From positions 134,106,001 through 134,170,000 of the forward strand of contig NC_042998.1 of assembly GCF_006345805.1 (NCBI RefSeq): a stretch of DNA of 64,000 nt, read 5' to 3'. Shown here one piece after another: positions 24,657 to 37,800 of this stretch (its first letter is position 1; the number at the start of each line of letters is the position of its first letter). Below the pieces are notes generated by a model. The model did not search any database, had not been told where the DNA came from, and was given only the letters and a program-made list of their open reading frames with translations. The position numbers were made by a program, and so were the translations under genes. The stretch comes from Octopus sinensis. Lineage: Eukaryota.

Positions 24657-25298
24657 ATACATACATCTATGGAGGAGTGATATGAAACCTTCAGCTTTTG
24701 TATCCATACTCTACATTCCCATTTGTTCCTATTATTATGTATTAACATGTACTGGGTTGCGTAACAGTAAATGATCTGCTTAAAAACCTAGAAACGCTTG
24801 GGTTCTCCACATTATTACTTATATTTATTTCTTTATTTAATTATTTGTAGTGGTTTCTTCCCAATCACCTTTTATCTTTTAACTATTACTTATCACAATT
24901 GTTATTTTTTTCCTGGCTGGAGCGTCGGTTTTATAGTTCTGTAATTTCAATCTGTTGAATATAATCTGTCATTGATTGAATGATTATTTACCGAAAGGTA
25001 CATAATGAGATATTCGAAGCATCAATAACATGCTTTCTGTTTATTTCAACTGCACATATGCACGCACGCACACACACATACATGCATATACACACTCACA
25101 TATAGGCATAGAAACAGAGAAAGAGAAATAGACAGACAGTCAGACAGACAGATGTCTTAACTCTTAAAGGGTGGCATATAGAAAAGTCAGTTGGTAGATC
25201 GAGAAATATAGAAAAACAGGGTAAATATATGGGGAGAAAAAAAGGAGAAGAAAGAAAGAATCCTTGTAGTAGTAGTAGTAGTGGTGGTGGTGGTGGTG

Positions 25299-25343
<45 letters not shown>

Positions 25344-25626
25344 TGGGACATGCGCTGTAACAGCGCGTCGCTGCATCCACCATTTGTTGGTGATTCTCTA
25401 CTCATGGCGGATGATACCTTCGCACCACTCAAGCGACAACTCTCCAACCCATGGGCTTGTTTAGGGTAGTCGTTGCTAGCGAGGATTTTACGAAGTCAGA
25501 GTGCAAATCCTACTTCAATCATTTTAGTCGCCTTTTTACGATACGCAGAGGAGACGTTCTTTGACTTACCAGTAATATGCCTTCGTGTAATTTTTTTTAT
25601 CGCCCTTTTCAAGTCTAGCCGTGCTC

Positions 25627-25905
25627 ATGGGCCCGGTTTCCCGGTTTCTGTGGCGTATGTGTTCCCCCCAAATGGACGGGACGCCAGTCCATCGCAGTGT
25701 TACTCAAGAAACAGGAAGAGAGAGTGAGAAAAAGTTGTGGCGAAAGAGTACAACAGGGGTCGCCACCACACCCTGCCGGAACCTCGTAGAGCTTTTAAAT
25801 GTTTTCGCTCAATAAACACACACAACGCCTGGTCTGGGAATCGAAACCGCGATCCTCCGACCGCGAGTCCGCTGCCCTAACCATTGGGCCATTGTGCTTC
25901 CACAC
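25627..25905 (-). mobile_element. tRNA(Arg)-like SINE (OR-type)
   Basis: Minus-strand head gcacaatggcccaatggttagggcagcggactcgcggtcggaggatcgcggtttcgattccc has A and B boxes and a TCG anticodon-like loop, followed by a non-tRNA body. Confidence 0.7.
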
Positions 25906-26047
25906 TTCGTGTAAATTAGTGGAAATCAATTTATGTACAATTATATTTATGCCCATTGAAATTTTTTTTTTCAAATGAGAAAAACGTAAATGGGTCCCTC
26001 ATAGGTTTCTACTCAGAATATTTCAGTATTTCCATCATCATAAAGTA

Positions 26048-26385
26048 GAGGCGCATGGCTCAGTGGTTAGAGCGTTGGGCTCACAATCATGAGGTAGTGA
26101 GTTCGATTCCCTGACAATGCAGTGTGTTGCGTTCTTCAGAAAGACATTTTATTTCATGATGCTCCAGTTTCCTCAGCTGTAAAAATGAGTTGCATCATCA
26201 CTGGAGCCAAACTGTATAAGCCTTTGCCCTTCTTTTGGATAACATCAGTGACGCGGAGAGAGGAGACTGGTATGCATGGGCGACTGCTGGTCTTCCATAA
26301 ACAACCTTGCCCGGACTTGTGCCTCGAAAGGGAATTTTTTAGGTGCAATTCCGTGGTCATTCATGGCCGAAGAGGATCTGTATTG
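26048..26385 (+). mobile_element. tRNA-derived SINE
   Basis: Head ggcgcatggctcagtggttagagcg...gagttcgattcc followed by a 'ctccagttt.ctcagctgtaaaaatgagt' core. Confidence 0.7.
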
Positions 26386-27152
26386 CAGTACTTCCATCAC
26401 CTGAACAGTCTTGATACTGAGTGGCCGAGTATCAACAGGTGCTTATTCAAGATGCTATGCATTGGTGTTGTGCTCGGCACTTCATGATTGCAAAGCGAAA
26501 TTCTTAATCCTAAGCAACATCTGGTCTATAGCATACACGTAAATAGGCATACATACACACGCACACACGTACATGCACAGATGCATGCACATACGCACAT
26601 ACACACACACATCCATACACACACGCAAACACGCATACATAACATATGTGCACATACACACACACACACACACATATGTATATATACATATATATATACA
26701 CAAATATATGCACATATACACACGCACACGTTAATGCATATTTTCTATGTAAATATTTATACACACACGCACATACACAAACGCAAACATTCACTTGTAC
26801 GTACACACGCACATACAGACGCACGCGCGCAGACATCCATCCATCCATCCATACATACATACATACATACATACATAGTCCTACACGCAAATCTTCTGTC
26901 CAACTTCGCCGAAATATAAGCCATTACTGTTCTAATACACGACAGAATAAGGTGTACGTGTCATCTTCATGTTGAATCGTTGCTGGAGCAAACAGACACC
27001 GACATACATAGATTCAAGACAATGTGGCGGGATTTAAAAACTAAAAAAGATGGCGACAGTCCGAAATGACAAATAATCACGCAGCCTCGGCCGCAACTCG
27101 CTAATACATCTCTTTGTCTCGAAGCAAAGAAAGAAAGATAGATAAGACTGCT

Positions 27153-27205
<53 letters not shown>

Positions 27206-27212
27206 ATATATA

Positions 27213-27260
<48 letters not shown>

Positions 27261-27473
27261 CAGACTGTTTGTCTGTCTATCAGTCTGTGTTTTGGCTGCC
27301 TTTGTGGAGTTTAGTTAATGGTGACCCATTTATTTCTAAAGTCATTCATTTACCTAATGTTCCTTATCCGTGCTTTTCTAGCTTCAAATTGTGTGTGTGG
27401 GTGTGCGTGTCTGTGTATGTATACGGTACGCATATATATATTATATATATATATTATATATATAATATATATA

Positions 27474-27513
<40 letters not shown>

Positions 27514-27572
27514 CTCTTGCGTGTGTATACGTACATACATACATACATATATACATATATACATACACAGGC

Positions 27573-27960
27573 ACAGGTGTGGCTGTTTGGTAAAAAGCTT
27601 GCTTCCCAACCACATGGTTTCTGGTTCAGTCCCGTTGCGTGCCACTTTGGGCATGTGTCTTCTACTATAGCTTCGGGCTGACCAAAGCCTTGTGAGTTGG
27701 TTTGGTAAACGGAAACCGAATGAAGACCGTTGTGTATATATATATATATGTACATATATTTATGTGTGTCTCTGTGTTTGTGTTTGTCTCTCCACCATCG
27801 CTTAACAACCGATGTTGGTGTGTTTACGTCACTGTAAATTAGCGGTTCGGCAAAAGACAGTGATTAAATAAGTACTAGGCTTACAAAAAATAAGTCCTGG
27901 GGTCGATTTCTTCGACTGAAACCTTTTAAGGCTGTAATCCAGCATCACCGCAATAAATTA
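27573..27960 (+). mobile_element. tRNA-derived SINE with internal microsatellite (also 54412-54705 + and ~63420-63530 -)
   Basis: Head 'gtggctgtttggtaaaaagcttgcttcccaaccacatggttt..ggttcagtccc' and tail 'ctggggtcgattt.tt.gact.aa' are shared between copies. Confidence 0.75.
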
Positions 27961-28241
27961 CTGAAACAAGTAAAAGAATAAAAGAAAACATACATATCTG
28001 TATATATACATATATATATATATCGCCATGATCGCCATGTTGATTCGCTAGCCTCTGCACGCATTTATTTTCTCTCCTTGTTTCTCTCCGTGTTTCTTTT
28101 CTGTGTATCTTTCTGTTGAAGAGCGTAGGCTCGAAACGTAAAAGACTTGTTTTATTTATATTCCTGAGCGCCATACTAATACAATTGTTTGTTTGTATTC
28201 CACCTGCCTTAGTCTTTTGTTTATTTTCATAAAGTTCCCGT

Positions 28242-28273
<32 letters not shown>

Positions 28274-28810
28274 TATATATATACGATCTGTGAGAATAAA
28301 TGTGAGTGGGGGGTGTAGTATTATCTATTCTTTACCTAACTCGGAACCTTTCATACGTTTGGATCTAGAGTCTGTAGTGGAAGTGGCAAACGTGCAGTAA
28401 ATGTAGCCCAGTAAGATTTTGGTGAGCTTTGTATATTCAGTCAGTTACTTGTGAAAGTATGCATAACAGAAAGGGCCAATCCATATTAATTTTAGTAAAT
28501 ACGTATATGTCAGTACATATTGTCGGTATACAGGTGCGCTATCCCCGATTCTACTTTAGTGCTTTTAGTATTTAAATGCCTGATTCTCTCGAATACTGAA
28601 AATATATATATATATATAATATATATATTATATATATATATATATATATTACACACAACATACACACACCATACATACATACATACATACATACAACATA
28701 CATACATACATACATACATATAATATATATGTATGTATATAAATATATGTGTATATACATATGTGTATATATATATACATATATATATATATGTATACAT
28801 AATATATATC

Positions 28811-28849
<39 letters not shown>

Positions 28850-29327
28850 ACATACACACATAAATACATATTAAAATATGTATATATAAATATATGTGTA
28901 TATACATATGTGTATATATATATACCTATATATATATATATGTATACATACATATATATCTATATATATACATACATAAATATATATATATATGGAAAAA
29001 CGCAATAGAGGACAATAAAACATCTCAGGAGATAAACGATACAAAGGCCCTCTTTCCTCAGTCAAGTTACCAGATGTCCTTACAGTTTCGGGCAGTTACA
29101 CTTGAGACTGTTCGATCTGGTTACTCGCAAAAAAAGTCTTAGCTAAGGGCATTAGATTTTTTGTAAGAAAGCAAACAAATGTGTACGGCAAAAAATGTGA
29201 AAGAGGGGGAGCGAGAAAAAGAAAAGAGGAAAAAAGTATGAAATATAAAGTGTATATATATATGTTTTGTTTTATGTATGTATGTATGTATGTATGTATG
29301 TATGTATGTATGTATGTATGTACGTAT

Positions 29328-30394
29328 GTCATTATTCAGTTTTATTTCAAGATTTCTTGCCAATAAAGAAAGAGCCGGTTTCTAACCTAAATTCAAGACT
29401 CTTTTATTGGAATTTCGGCATCAACATTTTTGTTTGTACATACGTATGTATGTATGCATGCATAAGTGCAGATTTTTATATTTTGTCTGATGTATGTATT
29501 CTCATGCATATAGTTGCATATCTAGACATGCTCATATATTTATATATGATAAACTTTTGAAACGTTTTACAGATTTTTACAGTTCCAGTGCTGGATTGGA
29601 TCTGTAGTCTTCGAATTAGCTTTCTCTTATGTATGTATGTATGTATGTATGTATGTATGTATGTATGTATGTATGTATGTATGCACTATGTATGCATATG
29701 TGCAGATTTGCATGTTTTTGTTTGATTTGTATGATTTTTATTTTTTTGTTTTATGTATGTATTCTCATGCATATAGCTGCATATCCAGACATACTCATAT
29801 ATATTGAAATGATAAAATTCTGAAAAGTCTTACAGATTTTTACAGTTCCATCGACAAATTGGATCTGTAGTCTTCGAATTAGCTTTCTCCTTTCTGGTTT
29901 TCAGAAGCCTAATTTCTCAAGATTGGTATTTAGACGGTGTGTTACATATCCCAGGGCCCCAATAATTACAAGTTTAAATCTGAACTTCTAACCTGGATAG
30001 AGTAACTGCAGAGATTTCTCAATAATTCAGCATAAGTGTTCCCTTTTTCACTGATCTTCAGCTTTATGTCAACATCCGCTGAACAGCAAATTTTCCACAA
30101 CTGTACACAGTCTCTCTTCTCAATCCCAAATCATTATATCAGGTCTGTTGTGCTTACATTTTATTGAGGTCTTCACTGGTACATTCCACCAGTATTCTTT
30201 TTAACACGCACATATAATCCTTTCTGCTACACACGCAAGGCCTGAAATTTGGTGGGAGGGGACTAGTCGAATACATCGAACCCAGTGTTTCACTGGTATT
30301 TAATTTATCGACCCCAAAGAGATGAAAAGTAAAGTTGACCTCTGCGGAATTTGATATACTGTTAAGCAGTTTGTCCAGCGTGCTAACAATTCTG
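29328..30394 (-). mobile_element. Second copy of the chimeric SINE plus R4/Dong 3'-end unit, opposite orientation
   Basis: Reverse complement of 23739-24656 with the same SINE start, the same SINE/LINE junction and terminus ...aataatgac|atac. It carries an internal duplication (29470-29627 vs 29745-29888). Confidence 0.8.
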
Positions 30395-31294
30395 AATGTA
30401 TGTGTGTATGTATGTATTTATGCATGTATGTATGTATGTATGTATGTATGTATGTATGTATGTATGTATGTATGTATGTATGTATGTATGTATTTATGCA
30501 TGTATATTTCACCTTCAGGAACAAAGTTTTAATAAAACTAGCTCTCGGATATTGCTGCAGCCATGCAAAACACATTGTTCGTCAGCCAATGGACTGGAAG
30601 GATATTTTACTCAATCCTCTCACAGCACACGGATTAAGAGTTTTATTAATAAATAATGGCTTCAAGAATCAATCATCTAATGCATTACAGCTTACTAATA
30701 ATGACTATGCAATTTTTAAAAGCAACGAATATAGTATCGGTTTTTCTGTTTCTGATATAAAAGTTCTCTTGGCATTATATTACCGAATAGACCACTGTCA
30801 TTAATGTTAAATATTTATATTAAATAATAGGAACCTTCTTCAATTATTTTAGCTATTTTTGGCCCAAATTCTTCAGCAGTTTTCTTGTCGCCTACAGATC
30901 TTATTGTAGATTCTGCTCTTATATTGACTCATATTTTCCTTCGTTTATGTTAAAGGGTTTCGCTGTTTCTGTGAAATTTTTTCCATCTTTGAAGTTGTTT
31001 TTATTTCTCTATTTCTAAAGAAAATGAACTTTTAGGTTTGACATTTAAAATTCAATTATTCAGTTTTTAAAATAGTTAGCATAATATAAAATACAAAGCT
31101 AAATTGTGTTACTTAATCGTGCAGTCTATCTTTCTATGGAAGAAGAGAAACGAAATTAAAAAATAAAATTGGAAAACCAAAACATACCGAAATAAAAAAC
31201 GTGTAAATCGAGGTACAACTGTACACATATACATACATGTATGTTTATGTGTGTGTATATACGTGTATATGTATTTGTGTATGTATATATATAT

Positions 31295-31467
31295 ATTATA
31301 ATTTAGGGTATCTAAGAGATAATTCCACGTAGGAAATAGCAGTCAAAACTTGACTCTAAAACTACATTAAATGTTCATACAGCACCTAACAATTAATGTG
31401 GTTTTTAGTCAAGTTTTGGTTGCTATTTCCAGCGTAGAGGTATCTCTTAGATACCCTAAATTATAAT
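31295..31467. mobile_element. Fold-back MITE (~75-bp arms)
   Basis: attataatttagggtatctaagagata...ggaaatagcagtcaaaacttgact...acattaa is mirrored by ttaatgt...agtcaagttttggttgctatttcc...tatctcttagataccctaaattataat. Confidence 0.75.
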
Positions 31468-31759
31468 TTTAATAATAATTATTATCTTTAAAGGTTTTTA
31501 TTCCCATGTTGGCCACTTGATAAGATCGATATTTAAATTAACGATCTTATCCTCATATATATATATACATATATATATAATATATATTATATATTACTAT
31601 ACATTATACATATATATACGCACACACACACGCACATTTATATATAGATGTATGTATCCATGTATATACATATATGAACATACACAAACGTACATATAGT
31701 TATTATATATATATATATATAAGTATATGTATATATATATATGCATTATATTTATGTAT

Positions 31760-31835
<76 letters not shown>

Positions 31836-31944
31836 TATACACACATATGGATATAAATATAGATCCGTACACAAATACATATAAGTATACTAGATAAACG
31901 GTCGTCTAGTATATATATATATACGCACACACATACACGCATAC

Positions 31945-32080
31945 GTATGTGTGTGTCTGTGTGTGTGTGTGTCTGTGTGTGCGTGTGTGTCTGTGTGTGT
32001 GTGTGTGTCTGTGTGTGTGTGTGTGTCTGTGTGTGTGTGTGTGTGTGTCTGTGTGTGTCTGTGTGTGTCTGTGTGTGTGT

Positions 32081-32137
<57 letters not shown>
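31945..32137. repeat. (TG)n microsatellite with TC interruptions
   Basis: Direct reading of the sequence. Confidence 0.95.
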
Positions 32138-32138
<1 letters not shown>

Positions 32139-33300
32139 ACGTGTGTGCGTGGGTATACTAGCACATTCGTGCCGACAGTTTTATTAGTGATAGAAAATGG
32201 CACATCAAAGCAATGGGAGAAATCACTGATAAACATCAGCAGTCGAGTAAATATATATGTACCATACAAAGAGTTGATTGTAACGTCTCGGTAGAATATA
32301 TTATCATCTATGGAGTCTATATGTAACATCCGCTTGTCCATGCTAGCATGGGTCACACAGATTTTGTATTACGAGATGATATATGCCTATCGCCATCCCT
32401 CACCTGTTTCCAGGTAAGGTGATATTTCATCATGCCTAGACATGATTACGTGGAAGGTTGGAAACAAAGGACACTTCTTGCAAGTAGTGTTGGATTTACC
32501 ATTGTGCTTAGGTGTGTTTAAGCACAGGGTCCCGTTTCACCGGGAGAGGCCCATCTTCCTATGCCAAAATTTTTTACGATGAATTTCCTGAACATCTATA
32601 CTTGACTGTCCAAGTAAGGAGCCTCATCACTTAACTAGCACAGGGCCTCATTTGTCCTAAATCCGGCACTGCTTACATGACAGTTACACACGCTTACAAC
32701 TACTAGCCCATGTCAAGGCAAAGAAACAGTAAAACAAAGAAGCACACACACACATGCACACACACACACACACATACACACACACACATACACATACACA
32801 CACGCACGCACGCACACACGCATATATACACATCACGTTGATCATTGATGTAACCATGATTTTCTGATATCTCATGAGCTAGCTTTCTTAATTTCCATTG
32901 ATGATTTGAAGCCGTTAGTTATTTCATTATGCAAACATGCTACAAAGTATATTAAACGTTTTTATAAGCCAATACCGTGTACCACTGTGTTAGCAGTGCA
33001 CTTAAATCACGGGTTAAGGTCATCATATTTTCTATAGAAAATCTGTAGAGGTGAATTTACATTGATTTGTAAATATATAATATTATTGTATAATGCAGAG
33101 CGTGTGTACTAATACAAACGTATAGGCATAATTTCTGCCACACTGAAATTAGTGCTACTTAAGCAAGATTGCGAAACGGCTGTAACCCTAAGACATCACG
33201 TAGTTGAATGAATATAAGTTAACTCGTCGTATCTCTTTATGGTTTATACACCACACACACACACACAACACACACACACACACACCACACACACACACAC

Positions 33301-33423
<123 letters not shown>

Positions 33424-34378
33424 ATATAATATACAGACACTCACACATGAGTGAACACATAAATGCAAAACAAGGTGGAGAAAAGTAATACTCAAATACC
33501 GAAGGTAGAGTAATGCTCTAGAGTAATATATATATATATATATATAATACAAATAAGAAAATGGAGTAACAATTTAGTTTGTTCATCAACTTTTGGATAT
33601 TAGAATGTTGGATTATTTATTCATTTAACAAAAACGAGAACCTTAATAACATACATATATACATTATAATTCAATTCATATAAGATAAGAATACAATTAT
33701 AAAAATCTTAATATAAATTATTGAAATCATTAAAATCATTCTTACACCTGCTTCAGCCTATGGATTCGCTTTTGTATTTTGATTGCAAGTTTCTTTATGT
33801 GAAATAACTAAATGATTGGAAATCGAACCGGTGAGTGTGTTAAATAATAAGGCACTAAAAGAGAATGACTTTCCCCAGACACAGTAAAGTCCGTCCGTTC
33901 AAACAGACAGCCATGTTGAAGTGGCTACGAACATTACTTGTGACTACAACTACTACGTTGATCTGTTAGAGATATTTTAGAACTACCATTTTTGCTTGTT
34001 GCAAAATCAGTGACTGTGTGTCGCTTAAAATTTTATATATTGCGAGAAAAGGTGAGCTAACAGACAAGGTGTCCAGTACTGAAGAGAAGCAGAAATAGCC
34101 CGAACCCATGCTGGTCTGCTGGTTCCGTCACTAGAAAGTGGTAGGGGTCCGCTGCCCCGCTAGTAATAAATCGGATGCAACTGTGTATCGTTAACTAGCT
34201 GGAAGAGATGTCCTCTTGGGGTTAAAAAGTCGCAGTAAAGTCTGTTCAAACACACAGCCATGTTGAAGTGGCCACGAACATTACTTGTTATATATGTATA
34301 TATCTGTGTGTGTGTGTACAAATATTTATATACATACATATATATGTATGTATGTATGTATGTGAATGCATGCATCTG

Positions 34379-34473
<95 letters not shown>

Positions 34474-34504
34474 GTATGTACATACCTACCTACATACGTA
34501 TTTA

Positions 34505-34522
34505 TCTATATACATACATACA

Positions 34523-34553
<31 letters not shown>

Positions 34554-34630
34554 GTACATACATACATACATACAAATGTACATGCATGCATACATACATA
34601 CACACATACATACATACATACATACATACA

Positions 34631-34661
<31 letters not shown>

Positions 34662-34707
34662 GTACATACATACATACAAATGTACATGCATGCATACATA
34701 CATACAT

Positions 34708-34738
<31 letters not shown>

Positions 34739-34840
34739 ACATACATACATACATACATACATACATACATACATACATACATACATACATACATACATAC
34801 ATACATACATACATACATACATACAAACATACATACACAT
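34505..34840. repeat. Long (CATA)n tract, the left flank of the LINE array
   Basis: Direct reading of the sequence. Confidence 0.95.
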
Positions 34841-37800
34841 AGTAAGTAAAAAAAACTACCAGACACAGTATTAAAAGCTGTTAATGAAACTGGTGATGAG
34901 TATTTACAGCAGTGTGATGAGCCTACATTCTGGTAGATTAACGCCTGTCTATAGCTCTGGCTACCACTGCAAAGCAGTACATGAATGACATTCAAAAAGT
35001 AAACAAACCGGAAACAACAAAAAAAGTACCATTATGGGTTTTGAAGACAGAGAAAAAGATAACTGGTTTACGGAAGACCATCAGTCATGTAATGACACGT
35101 ATTGTATGCAAACAAGCAAATCACTATACGTCCACCAACAGAAAGTAAAGAAGGAGATAGAAATGATATCGGGAGACAGAAAAATGAGGACACTCACTTT
35201 CAAACTGATTACCTTCAAGCAGGAGCTAAAAGCTGTCTGTGAAAAATCTCTGACATCAGAAGAGAATAACCGAGGAAGAACAATAAACAAAAAATTTAAC
35301 CGGAACCAGGCAGCAGTATACAGAGACATGAGAGAGGAGCAGTGATTATCACAGAAGCTCCTTCACGAGAAGACACAGACTTCTTCTGAAGGAAAATTTG
35401 GAGTGAAGAAAGTTTAACCAAGATGCTCTGTGGATGGAAGAAATCCGAAGAAGTTATTGCTTCAAGACATACAACATTGACGGTGAAACTCTTGCAACTG
35501 TGATCCAGAAACTCCAAGATGGAAAAGCACCTGGAAAGGACTTGATTGTTGGATATTGGTACAAGAAGCTAACATTCTATCGACCATTCTTATCAATCTC
35601 TAAAAGCAAGCTCCCATTTGGAACAGTGGCATACCACACTGGTTAGCTCTGTCAGAGACAAAATTGATCCCCAATGCAGAACCACCCACATGGCAAAAAA
35701 CTACCGGCCAGTTGCATGCCAGAACTTGGCGCATAAGAGTGACTGTATTATCAATGATAGAATACAGTATCGCAAAGACATATTCCATGGGGACAGCCTC
35801 TTTGCGATGGTGTTTACACTTTCTCTAAATCTCTTGACATTCATGTTAAGGAAGTCTGAAAGATATCTCACTGGTTCACAGGAAGCAGAAATACCAAAAT
35901 TACACACTGTTTCTTTGTGGATGACTTGAAACTTTATGCAAAGAATACAGCTGAAAAAGAGCCTTGACCTAGTTACAAACAACGTAGGGTTGGAGTTTGG
36001 TCAGGATAAATGTTGCTATGGGCTGTGGAAAGGGGGGGGACTATAAACCAGACTAGTAACATCTCCATAAATGATTTGACTGTTTCCTTTTTATCTGACG
36101 AGGATGTTACAGGTATCTAGGTGTGGATGAAAATATATCTTACAATGGCACCTGTAACTAAACACGTGTCACTAAAGAATATTACAACCGAATAAAGAAA
36201 ATTTGAACCTCAGCACAATGTGTGTGCAGTGCTAGTACTCATACCAATATTTGGGCTGCTTAACTTAGACGCTTGATGAGATCCAGCCATTGATGTTAAA
36301 ACCCGAAAAATTCTAACAAGCACACATAATTTCACATAAAGAGTGACGTAGACCGCCTATACCTAAAACGAAAACAACGCGGCAGAGGTTTAACATCGAT
36401 CTAAAATACCCTTGAATGTTGTATCACATCCCTTCGGCACCATCTTTTAACCACCAAGTGTCGAAGCGCATCCCTTGACCAAGTTTGCATACATGAGGCT
36501 GATAACATCATAAGACTCGGAAGGCAGCTCCTTGGGCAACATTCTTTGTCTGATACCTAGAGTACCTGCCCAAAGAAGTTGCACGACTCTACTGCAATGT
36601 ATCATCATATGAAAGAATGAGCCTATAAGAGCAGAAGACTATGCATGGATATGTTAGTAGAAAGCTCCGAGATGATAATAACATCGATCATCAAAGCAGT
36701 TTATCATGGACCAATAGCCGGATTACTACGTCCCATTTTAAGGGTATGTGTTTGCAATCCAGGAACAGAATTATCAACCAAGTACTTGATGCACAAAAAA
36801 TAGAGACACAGGAAAAGCAATAAAATGTGACAACCGATGCAAACTTTGTGGAGTTAACACCGAAGATATCACCCACATCATAAGTAGTTGTCCGAAAATG
36901 TCATCGCGGTGTTATCTACTGATGAGACATGACGTTGTAGCTAGGACACTCTATAATGAAATCTGTCGAAAGGATAATCCTGAGGACAAAGAAATAAAAA
37001 CCACAGTAGGCTAGAAGGAGTATTGGTGAAATATCCCAGTGAAGACCTCAATAAAATGTAAGCACAAGAGACCTGGTATAATGATTTGGGATTGAGAAGA
37101 GAAACTGTGCACAGTTGTGGAAATTAGCTGCTCTGCGAATGTTAACATAAAGCTGAAGATCAGTGAAAAAGAGAACACATATTCTGAGCTATTGAGAGAT
37201 CTACATTTACTTTATCCAGATTAAAAGTTCAGGTTTATACCTGTAACTATTGGGTTCCTGAGATACGTAACCCACTGCCAAAATACCAGTCTTGAGAAAT
37301 TAGGCTTCTCAAAACCAGAAAGACTCAATTCGAATACTACAGATCCTATCCATCACTGGAACTGTAAAAATCTGTAAAAATTTCCAGAAGTTTATTATTT
37401 AAATATATATGAGCATGTCTAGATATGTAACTATATGCATGAGAATACATACATAAAACAAAACCTAAAATCTGCACACATACATACATACATACATACA
37501 TACATACATACATACATACATACATACATACATACATACATACATACATACATACATACACATAGTAGTAAAAAAAACTACCAGACGGTATTAAAAGCTG
37601 TTATTGAAACTGGTGATGAGTATTTACAGCAGTGTGATGAGCCTACATTCTGGTAGATTAACGCCTGTCTATAAGCTCTGGCTACCACTGCAAAGCAGTA
37701 CATGAATGACATTCAAAAAGTAAACAAACCCGAAACAACAAAAAAAGTACCATTATGGGTTTTGAGGACAGAGAAAAAGATAACTGGTTTACGGAGACCA

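Noticed and set aside
25840-26115. tRNA genes at ~25840-25900 (-) and ~26050-26115 (+)
   Set aside because: The A and B boxes run into SINE bodies and the acceptor stems are not intact. These are SINE heads, not tRNAs.
28720-28990. Short duplications within TA-rich blocks (also ~19240/19870)
   Set aside because: Indistinguishable from microsatellite slippage or consensus error.
33790-33840. Degenerate hammerhead-like 'ctaaatgattggaaatcgaaccggtg'
   Set aside because: Several core positions are wrong and helix I is unsupported. At most a decayed pLTR trace.
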